Shown here: piece by piece, positions 6,991 through 17,571 of the stretch
Layout: each line of letters begins with the position of its first letter
Numbering within the stretch: the first letter of the stretch is position 1
DNA from: a virus
Lineage: Duplodnaviria > Heunggongvirae > Uroviricota > Caudoviricetes
Direction: 5' to 3' (one strand)
Length of the DNA stretch: 64,000 nt
Virus record (IMG/VR): IMGVR_UViG_3300021256_000058
Location: 53,823-117,822 of that record
Notes under the pieces: model-generated
Told to the model about the DNA's origin: nothing
What the model saw: only the letters and a program-made list of their open reading frames with translations
Databases searched by the model: none
Position numbers and translations under genes: made by a program

Positions 6991-7430
6991 GTTGTGTTAC
7001 CCTTTCTTTTGGTGTATTGCTGAGTATAACACAGCTCGTGAGTTTTGTCAAGAGATTCTTTGTGTAAACTTTTGTAATTTTTTTGTTACTTTTCTTTGCC
7101 TGATGTGTTGTTTCAGGATGTTACAGCTTTGTAACTTTTGGTGCTTGGCCATTGCCAAAAAGCTGCAAGACTATTTTTTAGTAAAATTCTGCTCGCGTGG
7201 CCCGATCGCGAGCAGTCGAATTGGGCCTGTTAAAAGCTTTTGGGGCGGTGGCTGGCTGCTCGCTGCGAGAGGATCCTGCGAACCCCTGGAGTATCTTAAG
7301 CGTTTATTGGCGGGTGGTTTTTGGGATTTGAAATTTTTTCGAGAAGCCGAAAATTTTGCCCTGGCCCATATAATCCCCAAAACTATTTTTAATCTCGATC
7401 ACGAAGATCTCTATCCCGGAATCATCACGA

Positions 7431-7523
7431 TCACTTCTACAAAACTCTTACTAGAAAGAGGAAAAGTATTCCCCCACCTATAATTACGGGAAAAAAGAAA
7501 TTGGGTCCCTTCTTCCTCTTCAT
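7431..7523 (-). CDS. Small single-pass membrane peptide MKRKKGPNFFFPVIIGGGILFLFLVRVL(Q)K, 28 aa in code 11 or 30 aa in code 15
   Basis: GGAAGGAA SD-like sequence, basic N-terminus plus hydrophobic helix; ends TAG-AAG-TGA. Confidence 0.45.
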
Positions 7524-7561
7524 TTCCTTCCAAAATCTCTAATCCTCCCAAAAGCGAGGAG

Positions 7562-7897
7562 TTATTTTCCTCTGGTGATATTTTCCCAGTACTTCCATTT
7601 ATACATGCGGTAACATCCGCCCATCCACTTTTTCTGATGTTCTGCATCCCAGACTTCAACAATTGTTTCATCTGTATCTGGAGCCCATCTAATAATTTTT
7701 TTACCAATCTCAGGAGCATTATCAAAATTCCTCCACTTAGGTAGATGTTCCAAAAAATCTATTACTTCATAATAACATTCTTCACAAAGATCATAATCTG
7801 TCAGCTCCTCATGCGGAGGATCTTCAAAAAATAATCCATCTTGCGTTGTAAAAGGATGGCATTCTTTACCGCATCTATCACATTTCCAAATTCTCAT
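7562..7897 (-). CDS. Hypothetical protein with CxxC...CxxC zinc ribbon and Trp-rich C-terminus
   Basis: CDRC and CEEC motifs; GAGG SD. Confidence 0.7.
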   Translation of the reverse strand: MRIWKCDRCGKECHPFTTQDGLFFEDPPHEELTDYDLCEECYYEVIDFLEHLPKWRNFDNAPEIGKKIIRWAPDTDETIVEVWDAEHQKKWMGGCYRMYKWKYWENITRGK

Positions 7898-7904
7898 ACA
7901 TGCC

Positions 7905-8162
7905 TCACTCTATTCCGCCTGCCGGCCACAGCTCGTCATATTCTTCCCAAGGAGCCATTCCATTAACTTCTTTCTTTTTGCGCTCAAGCATTTTATTAAA
8001 GCTCTCCGCAATGATCTTTCTCAAGGCTTTATTTTCCAGCTCAAGATCATCAATCTGCTCCTCCATCCAATCAATTTCCTCATTAAGTCCATCAATTGTA
8101 CGGTGCAGATTATCCACTTCCCGCAGGTCCTCCATACAATCTTTATCTTTATTAGTATCCAT
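7905..8162 (-). CDS. Acidic coiled-coil protein (85 aa)
   Basis: Heptad-like I/L pattern; AAGGAG SD. Confidence 0.7.
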   Translation of the reverse strand: MDTNKDKDCMEDLREVDNLHRTIDGLNEEIDWMEEQIDDLELENKALRKIIAESFNKMLERKKKEVNGMAPWEEYDELWPAGGIE

Positions 8163-8181
8163 GTATTATCTCCTTTTTTAA

Positions 8182-8421
8182 TTATGGATGACCAGTAGGG
8201 TCATCGTCATCATCATCCCAGCCTTCAGGCAGGACCAAATCAAGTATCATATATAAAAAATCATAAATTGCGAAAACTGGTCCACCGACCGCAAATACCA
8301 AAAAAGCTATTCCTTTCTTCCATTTTTCTTCAACAGAAGCGATAGCTTCAAAATAACTAGAAATAGATAGTGTACTCATGGTTACCCATAGCAACACCGT
8401 GATTAGTCTCCACCAATTCAT
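8182..8421 (-). CDS. Small membrane protein with 2 hydrophobic segments and an acidic tail
   Basis: Hydrophobicity pattern; start overlaps the upstream stop (TAATG). Confidence 0.7.
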   Translation of the reverse strand: MNWWRLITVLLWVTMSTLSISSYFEAIASVEEKWKKGIAFLVFAVGGPVFAIYDFLYMILDLVLPEGWDDDDDDPTGHP

Positions 8422-8777
8422 TAGTTATCCGGAAGAACAATATCCCAAGTTACATCACCATTCTTGTGCGTCACCCGTACAAGAGTTGCATCATCTACTA
8501 CAGAATCTATAAAATTAATATCGCCTTCCTTGCCCTCCTCTTCCCTATTTTGCTGATTAACCAAAAGATAGCCAATCTCGTCTAGACCCGGAGGGTCTTC
8601 TTGGCAAAGTACATACAAAGCAATACCATGCTTTTCATACGCTGATAAATCAACATACGTTCCCGTGAATGGAGCTTCAAATTGGACAATAGTAATTACC
8701 TTTTTACAAGGAAATTCTTCAATGTCCTTAATCTTTGCCATTTTCTTCATTATCCAGATTAAAAACTTAGAAAACAT
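8421..8777 (-). CDS. Hypothetical protein (118 aa), start uncertain
   Basis: ORF track; preceded by a 20-codon ORF (8782-8844) that carries the strong SD. Confidence 0.6.
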   Translation of the reverse strand: MFSKFLIWIMKKMAKIKDIEEFPCKKVITIVQFEAPFTGTYVDLSAYEKHGIALYVLCQEDPPGLDEIGYLLVNQQNREEEGKEGDINFIDSVVDDATLVRVTHKNGDVTWDIVLPDN

Positions 8778-8886
8778 GCGGTCAGCGCCCCCTATTCTGC
8801 CATGAGGCCAGCTGAATCCGCGTAAAACGAATGTATTTATTCATAATATAAGTCTCCTTTTTTAATCTTTCTTAATTTTCTAATAA

Positions 8887-8963
8887 TATTATATAATAAT
8901 TTTCAAAAAATGTCAATAGATCTTCGGACAAAACTTGACAATCGCAATTTTTTCTGGTATAAT
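8887..8963. promoter_or_regulatory. Divergent sigmaA-type promoters at the left/right operon boundary
   Basis: Leftward TTGACA(8911-8916)-N17-TATAAT; rightward TTGACA(8936-8941)-N16-TATAAT with an extended TG. Confidence 0.75.
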
Positions 8964-8989
8964 ATATTTATGAAGACTGGAGGTAAATA

Positions 8990-10036
8990 ATGATTAAACT
9001 AGATTATTCTTTACAAACTCCAGAAGAAAGAAACGAGTTAGTCAAATAGATATTGGAAGAGAATCCCGAGCCCAACGAGAAATATCTGGAAATTCTTGCT
9101 GATTACTTAATTCTTTGTATGGAGAAACAAGAGAAAAAGGAGCGCAAGATTTTGACTGATAACCGTTTGGTTACAGTGAATAAGCGTGAGACTTCATTTG
9201 AAGGACTCGTTTCCCAGTTTGAGAATGGCGAAGATGGTATATATAATTTAATTACAGATAATAAAAATACAATTTTCCAACCAAAAGTAACAATAACTAA
9301 AAAAGATTTAGAAGAAATTTAGCCATTACGCCAATTGCGCGAAGCTATTGGTATTTGGGAAGAAAAGTTAAAAACTGCGACTGGTAAAGATGCATTTATT
9401 ATTAAAAAGACTTTAATTGAATTGCGTAAAGACCAGTACGTTATTAAAAATGCCTATCGTCGTCCAATTACCTTAACTAAAATTACACATACTCGTAATG
9501 CCCTCAATTTAGATGGCGAAGAGTGGATAGATGAAGATGGTACTATTCAAACTAAAGGAGTATCTTTATTAAATCCTGAAGTATGTTCGGCAATCTTATG
9601 TAATTATTCCAAACTAAAAGAAGATAGTTATAGTAATTTTGAAAGTAATACTTGGTATATAATTCATGATTTTGAGAACATTTGCGATAAAGCCTTAGCT
9701 CCCTATCCACTTTACATGCGTTTAGTTGAATGCAAAATTGATGGTATGCAAAATATTGATATTTAGGAAACACTTTAGCTTGAGTTTGGCATAAAGCATA
9801 GCGTTGAATATATTTCCTCATTATGGCGTAAAAAAATCCCCGGATTAATTGCGGCCGCCGCTGAAGATGAATGGTTAAATTGGCATTATCTTCAAGAGGA
9901 AAAAGGTGTGTATAAAAGATGCAGTAGGTGTGGACAAATCAAATTAGCCAATAATAAATACTTTTCAAAAAATAAAACAAGTAAAGATGGATGGTATAGT
10001 ATTTGCAAGTGTTGTCGTAACAAAAAGAAAGTTTAA
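8990..10036 (+). CDS. Putative transcription regulator or DNA-binding protein (348 aa in code 15) with HTH-like segment and C-terminal CxxC zinc finger
   Basis: GGAGG SD, ATG at 8990; 4 in-frame TAG (9047, 9320, 9764, 9776) join track fragments 9053 and 9335; CSRC...CKCC; TAA stop. Confidence 0.75.
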
Positions 10037-10058
10037 TTTTTGAAAGAGGGTATGAATT

Positions 10059-11300
10059 ATGGCTGATGATTTAAATAATCAATAGTTCTATTGCACGAAA
10101 TGCAATCGTACTATGAGAGGCAGCGAATTCTATTCTTCTAATAATCTGGAAAAGTATCCGGAGGGGAAATTGCCCCAATGTAAAAAATGTATGACTATGC
10201 ATGTTGACAATTGGAACCCAGATACTTATTTATGGATATTACAAGAAATTGATGTGCCTTACGTTCCAGAAGAATGGAACAAAACATTAGCCACATACGG
10301 AAAAGATAGATCTAAAGTTACTGGTATGACTATTATAGGACGCTATCTTTCTAAAATGAAACTCAAGCAATATAAAGATTATCGTTGGAAAGATAATGAA
10401 TATTTGCAAGAGCTGGCTAATAATAAAATTGAGATTACTATGAAACGTTAGGGTTATAGCGCGTAGGAAATTTCAGAAGCTATTAATAAAGCTACTTTTG
10501 AAATGCCAGAAAAACCTTTAGAAGAACCTGAATATGCGGACAGTCCGTCCAACCCGTACGCCGCGTCTGGAAGCGAAGATTACTTTGCTGAACAAAGTGG
10601 TGGCGATGATGACCTTGGTATGGATTTAACAGACGAGGACCGCATTTATCTTAGACTTAAATGGGGTAAAGCTTACAAACCAGAAGAATGGATTAAACTT
10701 GAACAGCTTTATAATGATATGATGGAATCTTATGATATTCAGTCTGCTGGTCATATTGATACATTGAAAATGGTCTGTAAGACATCGTTGAAAACAAATT
10801 AGTTGTTAGATATTGGAGATATCGACGGCGCTCAGAAGGCTAGTAAAATGTATGATATGCTTATGAAGTCTGGTAAATTTACCGCAGCTTAGAATAAGGC
10901 TGAGTCTGGTGAATATGTTGATTCAATTTCTGAGTTAGTTGCAATTTGTGAAAAAGATGGTTTTATTCCACGATATTATACCGATGGCCCGTAGGATAAG
11001 GTAGACCGCACTCTGGAAGATTTGCAAAAATACACTCGTTCTCTAGTTCTTGAAGAAATGAACCTTGGTTCTATGATTGAGAAATCTCTTCGTCAAATTG
11101 AGCAAGAAAAAGAGAAAGAGAATGAATTCGAGGCTGAAGCCGCTGACGATGATGAAGCCTTAGAAAATGAACTTTTTGGTGGAGATGGAGAGTCACTTCT
11201 TACTGATGAAGATTTCATGGAATTAAATGACATGGAAGAAGAAGATGAAGAAGTTGATAATAATTATCTCAAATCTCTACTTGAAGAGGGAGAATTATAA
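10059..11300 (+). CDS. Probable terminase small subunit or packaging protein (413 aa in code 15) with N-terminal Zn finger
   Basis: 6 in-frame TAG join fragments 10113, 10503 and 11022; CTKC/CKKC; stop overlaps the TerL start. Function assigned from synteny. Confidence 0.7.
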
Positions 11301-13054
11301 TGGCGTTATAGGACCTTCTGGATTTATCCAATAGTAAAAAACGAAAGATTGGGTTATCTGAAGAACGTATTGAAGCTATTAAACCTTATTTGCGTGATTA
11401 CATTGCCTACTGGAGAGAGTACCCTGATATGTTTATCGACTTTCTTCAAGATGGCGGTGATTCTTCCAGAGAGAAAAAATTAAAATTTTATTTTTATCAA
11501 CGAGTATTTTTACGTGCGGCCATGCGATATAAATATGTATACATGGTATTCCCGCGTGCTTATTCAAAATCATTTCTTTCAGTAATGATTCTTATGTGTC
11601 GATGCGTTTTATACCCAAGGAGTAAACTGTTTGTTACTTCTGGTGGTAAAGAGCAAGCTGCGGGTATTATAAAAGAAAAAGTGAATGAAATTTGCACTCT
11701 TGTACCAGCCTTTGAACGAGAGCTAGATTTGCGGCCAGGCAAGACTCGTCAAATGAAGGACTATTGTATTTATATGTTTAAGAATGGTTCTTATTTTGAT
11801 AATATTGCAGCTCGTGAGAGTTCTCGTGGTAAGCGTCGTCATGGCGGCTTGGTAGAAGAGTGTGTTGGCGTTGATGGTACTATTTTGAATGAAGTTATCA
11901 TTCCTACAATGAACGTTGCTCGTTTGTGTATGGATGGTACTACTCAACCAGAAGAAACATTAAATAAATCATAGATATTTGTTACTACTGCTGGGTGGAA
12001 AAATACTTTTGCGTATGACAAACATATTCAATTCTTGGTACGTATGATTACCGAGCCCGAGAAAGCATTTATCATGGGCGGAACTTGGCGAATCCCAGTA
12101 TTAGTAAAATTATTAGATAAAAACTTTATTTTAGACTTAAAGAAGGATGGTACTTATAATGAAGCATCTTTCGACAGAGAATATGAATCTAAGTGGTCTG
12201 GAACGGTTGAGGATGCTTTTTTCAGAGGAGATATCTTCGATAGAGATAGAAAACTCCAGAAACCCGAGTATGAATATTCAGGTAAAACCTCCCTTCAAGG
12301 GTTTTATGTTCTCAGTGTCGACGTGGGGCGTAAAGGGTGCGACTCTGTCGTTTGTGTTTTTAAAGTCACTCCATAGTCGGTTGGTGTCCCTATCAAATCA
12401 TTGGTAAATATTTATACTATTTCTGATGAACATTTTGAGGACTAGGCAATTAAGATCAAAAGTTTATTTTACAAGTATAAGGCTAAGAGGGTAGTAATTG
12501 ATGCTAATGGTCTTGGTATTGGTTTAATTGACTATATGGTAAAAAGTCAAACTGATACTGAGCTTGGTATTACTTATCCAGATTTTGGCGTGTATGGCGG
12601 GACTCAAGACGATGCGGTTGACGCATATAAAAAATATAAAACTGCTAATACTGAACAAGAAGCTATGTATTTAATTAAAGCTAATGCTCCTGTTAATACT
12701 GATGCGCATGCTAACGTTTAGACGCAGATGAATGCGGGAAAAGTGAAATTCCTTATTGATGAACGTGTAGCAAAAGCAAAACTTCTTGAAACTAGAGTAG
12801 GCCAAAATATGAGACCTGAAGAAAGGGCAGAATACTTAAAACCATTTACCCTAACTTCCATATTAAAGGAAGAGATGATGAATCTTCGTGAAGAAAACGA
12901 AGGTGTCAATATTTTGCTTAAGTAGGCAAATAAGAGTATAAAAAAGGATAAGTTTTCCGCATTTGAATACGGTCTGTATTATATTAAAGTTGAAGAAGAA
13001 AATAAAAAGAAACGCAAACGTGGCAGTTTTAAAGATTTTATGTTTATGAGTTAA
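11300..13054 (+). CDS. terL: Terminase large subunit (584 aa in code 15)
   Basis: Walker A-like FPRAYSKSF, RG.RRHGGLVEE (Walker B), TTAG coupling motif, nuclease VLSVDVGRK; 6 in-frame TAG, the first at codon 4. Confidence 0.9.
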
Positions 13055-13073
13055 ATAGAAAGGAGAGGTTTGA

Positions 13074-13430
13074 ATGCGGGCTTCTAGAGGCGAAATAAAG
13101 ATTGAAGAAATCTTGAAAGAAGCTGAGCTTAACTTCAAAGAAGAGTACATCTTCCCAGATTTAAAAAGCCCAAATGGCAGACCTCTTCGTTTTGATTTTG
13201 TTGTTTTTGACGATGATGGATAGATTGATTTCTTAATTGAATATCAAGGCAGACAACATTATGAACCTAGCCAAAAGTATGGTGGTAAAAGAGGATTTTA
13301 CCAACAGTAGTTCAATGACAATCAAAAACGAAGATTCTGTGCTTTACATGATTTTAAATTAATTGAAATACCTTATACAGAAGAAAATCTTATATCTTAT
13401 GATTATATAATGCATAAAGCCGGTTATTAA
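13074..13430 (+). CDS. PD-(D/E)xK very-short-patch-type endonuclease (118 aa in code 15), absent from the ORF track
   Basis: LRFDF...LIEYQGRQHY...ND..KR.FC......LIEIPY; 2 in-frame TAG; AAGGAG SD. Confidence 0.75.
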
Positions 13431-13442
13431 GGAGGTGGCACT

Positions 13443-15158
13443 TTGGACAACGAATTAACTCGTTAGGAAGCCATCCACAGTAAAGGTTTTAGTATGACCT
13501 CAGGTGCGAGACCTCTTACCCTTTATGAAGAGGAGTTCTCTCCTAATCGTTATGGTAAGATCAAAGTTGGGGTGAAAACGCTCGACGATGCTGTTCTGAA
13601 CCTCGGTTCTCTTGCGGGAAATCGAAAGAATAGATTTGACAAGGGTACAATAATTAGAGCATTAGGCGATAAAGATTTACCACTTCTTAGGGCAATTTCA
13701 GACTATTACTTTAATGTGAGTGGTATCTATAAAAACGTATGCAATTATTATGCTAACTTATATAGATACGATTGGTACATTGTACCAGAAGTATATGATG
13801 AAAGTTACAAGAATGATAAAATTTTAGAGGATTTTACTCGTATTTTAACATATCTTGATAATTCTCATATCAAAAGCTTGTGCGGCAAGATAGCCCTTAA
13901 AGTTATAAAGTATGGCGCTTACTATGGATATATTGTTCCAGGTGGCGAAGGACTAATTCTCCAAGAATTACCTGTGGACTATTGCCGTTCAAGATTTAAT
14001 ATAGGTGATATGCCAGCAGTTGAATTTAACATGGCCTTCTTTGACGATAAGTTTCCTGATGTGGCGACTCGTATGAAGGTGTTAAAAATGTTCCCTGCGG
14101 AATTTGCCAAAGGATATGCTTTATATAAACAGAGCAAATTAGGTTATGATAAGGACTTACATCTTGGCCAAGAAAGATGGATGCATCCTTATGGCTCTGG
14201 TGAGACTCGTTTGTGGTCTCGCGAAGGTTGGTATTTACTTGAGCCGGCTAGTACGATCAAGTTTAATTTCAACGATAGTGATATGCCTGTATTTGTAAAT
14301 GCTATCCCCACTATTTTGGACTTGGATGCGGCCCAGGATCTGGATCGCCGCAAACAGATGCAAAAGTTATTGAAGATTATTGTGTAGAAGCTTCCTCTTG
14401 ATAAAAATGGAGATTTAATCTTCGATGTAGATGAAGCTGAAGATATTCATAATAATGCTGTTGCTATGTTATCTAAGGCTGTTGGTGTCGATGTTTTGAC
14501 AACGTTCGCGGATATTCTTTCATTTGATATGAGCGACAAAAATACGACAGCTTCTCAAGATGATTTAGCTAAAGTTGAACGCTCAGTATTTAACGCTCTT
14601 GGTTTATCCAAGAATATTTTTAATACTGATGGTAATTTATCTTTGGAGAAGTCTATTCTTGAAGATGAAAGCACTGTGCGTAATTTGCTTTTGCAATTTG
14701 CTGTTTTCTTTGATAAAATTTGCGCTGCAAAGAATACAAAGAAAAAGAAATATTATTTTAGACTTTATATGTTAGAAACAACTCAGTATAATTATAAAGA
14801 GTTATCTAAGTTGTATAAAGAACAAGTCCAAATTGGTTATTCTAAGATGTTACCGCAAATCGCACTTGGACATTCTTAGAGTTCAATTTTGAATACTTGC
14901 TATTTTGAAAATGAGATTCTTGATCTTCCAAGTATTATGATTCCACCTCTTATGAGTTCTACTATGAGTGGTCAGGATATTTTGGGCAGAGGTAATAAAT
15001 CGAATACGTCGAATTAGCAGAATAATACAGGAGGGAATTCTACATAGTAGACAACTACCAAAGTTGTGCAAACCTCCGAAAAAAGTGCGGGCCGTCCAGA
15101 AAAGGCGGACGACCAAAAGAGCGATAAAACTATTGCTAACAGAGAATCTATGAGCTAA
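13443..15158 (+). CDS. Portal protein (571 aa in code 15)
   Basis: TTG start with GGAGG SD; 6 TAG join fragments 13494 and 14466; C-terminal GRPEK motif; position directly after terminase. Confidence 0.8.
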
Positions 15159-15175
15159 GGAGGGAGAGATAAAAA

Positions 15176-16714
15176 TTGAAGCATGTTAGCATCAAATTAG
15201 ACACACCTTGTGAGTTTATTCAAGTTGTTCCTCTCAATCCCCTTATCTCTTAGTGTTAGATAAAGGTTTGTTATGTAGGCGATGAACCTAATCGCAACAA
15301 GAGTATTATCACAAAAGAAACTGCGCGACAGCTCGCTAATACAATTCCAGGGTGCCCGATTGTAGGATATTACAACGAGCTCGCTGGCGATTTTGAGGAG
15401 CATAACCGCACCATCGCTATTAGTGGTGGAAAGTTTCAAATGAAGGATAGTACTTTCCCCTATGGGTTTGTACCACCTAACGCAAAAGTTTGGTTCCAGA
15501 AGTTCCAAGATGATGGTGTTGTTCATGAATATCTAATGACTGAAGGCTATTTATGGACTGGTCAATATCCAGAAGTACAAAGAGTTATTGACCACGGAAA
15601 TAACCAATCTATGGAACTTGATCCAAAAACTTTAGATGCGTTTTGGACAAAAGATGATAAGGGAAAGCCTCAGTTTTTTATAATCAATGAGGCAATAATG
15701 TCTAAACTTTGTATCCTTGGTGAAGATTTCGAGCCTTGCTTCGAGGGCGCGCAGATCACTAAGGTGCAGTTTTCATTTGAGGACAGCTTTAAGGAACAGC
15801 TCTTCTCAATGATGAATCAGGTACAAGAAATTCTAAATGAAGGAGGAGCACCAGTGTTTAATACTTATGCTGTTACTATTGGTGACTCTCTGTGGAACGC
15901 TATTTATGAGAATATGGACTCTGAGAAGTATTCTATTAATGGTGTTTTCGAAGAGGACGGCCAGAAGTTTGCTGTTCTTCTAAATCGTGAGGACAATACC
16001 TATTCCCGTATGAATTTCTCTTATGAAAATGAAGTTTATAGCCATGAAGAGCTGGTTGCTCTTGAGGACTATACTCCAGCAGAAGAGCCTCAGTTCGCAC
16101 TCGCTGATGTTGAAGCCTTTGAAGTTGAATTCAAGAAAAAGCAAGAAGAAGGCGCCACAGGCGGCGAGGAAGATCCCGAGGATGATGGGGATAAAGATGA
16201 CGACAAGGAGCCCGCAGATAATGAGGGCGACAAGGAGCCTGAGTCCGATCCTGCAGAGGATGAAGACGAGAAGAAGAAAAAGAAAAATTACAATCTTGAA
16301 GAAGTCGAAGAGTATACTGAATTAAAGACTCAATTTGATGAACTCCAGAATAAGTATAGTGCTCTTGAGGCATCAACAGCTGAACTTAATAAGACTATTG
16401 AAGAGCTTACTAAGTTTAAGGCTGGTATTGAGAGAACTCAGAAAGAAGATATGATTAATAATACTTTCTATATGCTTTCTAATGAAGATAAGAAAGATGT
16501 TATTGATAATATCGACAAGTATAGTCTCGATGAAATCGAAGCAAAACTTGCAATTATCTGTGTTCGCAACAAGGTTAGTTTTGATCTTGATGACGATAAT
16601 AATGACAATGGAACTAATGGTCCTGTTGTTTATAATCTTGGTGATGATACCATAGATAGCTCTACACCTGCCTGGGTCAAAGCACTAGACTCTGTGGCAA
16701 AGAGCATGAGATAA
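15176..16714 (+). CDS. Prohead protease/scaffold protein (512 aa in code 15), with a probable nested scaffold start at 15854
   Basis: TTG start; TAG only at codons 26 and 28; protease-like N-half (PNRN.S.I, PIVG, H) and acidic coiled-coil C-half; internal AGGAGG at 15841 before an in-frame GTG. Confidence 0.75.
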
Positions 16715-16737
16715 TTCTATAAGGAGGAAATAACGAA

Positions 16738-17553
16738 ATGCTTAGTCAGTTCTTAAAGAACAAGATTACTAGCCAAGCTGGTTTTATTCAGAAAAATGGC
16801 TATGGCTACGGCCAGGTTGAGCCTAACCATCTCTCTGCTAAGAGAAACGGTCAGATCTATGCACAGCTTCCTGCTGCTGCAAACATTGCTGTTCTTGAAC
16901 AGGGCCAGTTTGTTAAGTATGACTACGCCAATGGTGTCGTGAATTTCAGCGGCCCAGGCGAGTGGATGCTTGTTTATAATGAAATTAAGCTTTATCGTGA
17001 TCATCAGCTTGATGCTGAGTTCGCAATGAAGAAAGGCGACTATGTCGCTCGTGTTTACAGCCCATTTGGTGAGGCTTATTCTATTAATCCTGCAACTGGT
17101 GCTACTGAGGCTCAGGTTGATACCGTTGGTATTGATGGCGCAGGATTCCGTCGTTCTCGTCAGTATGGCGGCACTGGTTTAATGCGTGATGACGAGACTG
17201 GTGCAGTTACTACTGGTAATTTCGAGAAAGTCACTGCTCCTGAAGATATGTATGAGCTCCATTACAATGAGAACCCATACGAAATCGAGGGTCATTATAA
17301 AGAGAAAATGATGCCAGAAGGCACCACTATGGTTCCTCGTGTATTTAAGACCATGCCTGGTGATATTTTCACCACTAATATGATCGCAGATCAAAGCGTT
17401 AGCGTTGGTCAGATTCTTGTCCCAGACGCAAGTAATAAGGGTATCCTTACTGTTAAGGCTTCTCCTGCTGCTGGCGACATGCAATGGCAGGTAGTTAAGG
17501 TTTATACCATGCCTGATCATCAGCCTGGCGTTAAAGTAATGCGTATAGCCTAA
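16738..17553 (+). CDS. Capsid-associated (decoration/head) protein, 271 aa, no TAG
   Basis: AAGGAGG SD; between scaffold and major capsid; highly-expressed codon bias. Confidence 0.65.
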   Translation: MLSQFLKNKITSQAGFIQKNGYGYGQVEPNHLSAKRNGQIYAQLPAAANIAVLEQGQFVKYDYANGVVNFSGPGEWMLVYNEIKLYRDHQLDAEFAMKKGDYVARVYSPFGEAYSINPATGATEAQVDTVGIDGAGFRRSRQYGGTGLMRDDETGAVTTGNFEKVTAPEDMYELHYNENPYEIEGHYKEKMMPEGTTMVPRVFKTMPGDIFTTNMIADQSVSVGQILVPDASNKGILTVKASPAAGDMQWQVVKVYTMPDHQPGVKVMRIA

Positions 17554-17571
17554 TGAAAGGAGTAAAAGATA

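Larger units (their letters stand above)
125..7051 (-). promoter_or_regulatory. Array of 18 consensus sigmaA/sigma70 promoters (TTGACA-N17-TAnnnT)
   Basis: Plus-strand TGTCAA starts at 148, 922, 1075, 1522, 1801, 2346, 2841, 3296, 3621, 3850, 4077, 4388, 4922, 5331, 5838, 6201, 6711 and 7046, each exactly 17 bp from TATAAT/TATACT/TACAAT/TATCAT/TATTAT. Confidence 0.9.
1139..7215. repeat. Six dispersed ~27-bp GC-rich inverted repeats (1139-1165, 1935-1961, 3361-3387, 4987-5013, 5962-5988, 7189-7215)
   Basis: Approximately CGSCGCG-N13-CGCGSCG geometry with a constant span, each preceded on the plus strand by an A/T tract. Confidence 0.75.

Noticed and set aside
8782-8844. Programmed frameshift fusing the 20-codon ORF MNKYIRFTRIQLASWQNRGR to the 8421-8777 gene at a G5 run
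   Set aside because: Removing one G would fuse them, but translational coupling or a homopolymer sequencing error explains it equally well, and there is no stimulatory structure.
11300-13430. Intron, intein or homing-endonuclease insertion in terL
   Set aside because: TerL is continuous at a normal size (584 aa). The adjacent endonuclease gene is free-standing with its own SD.
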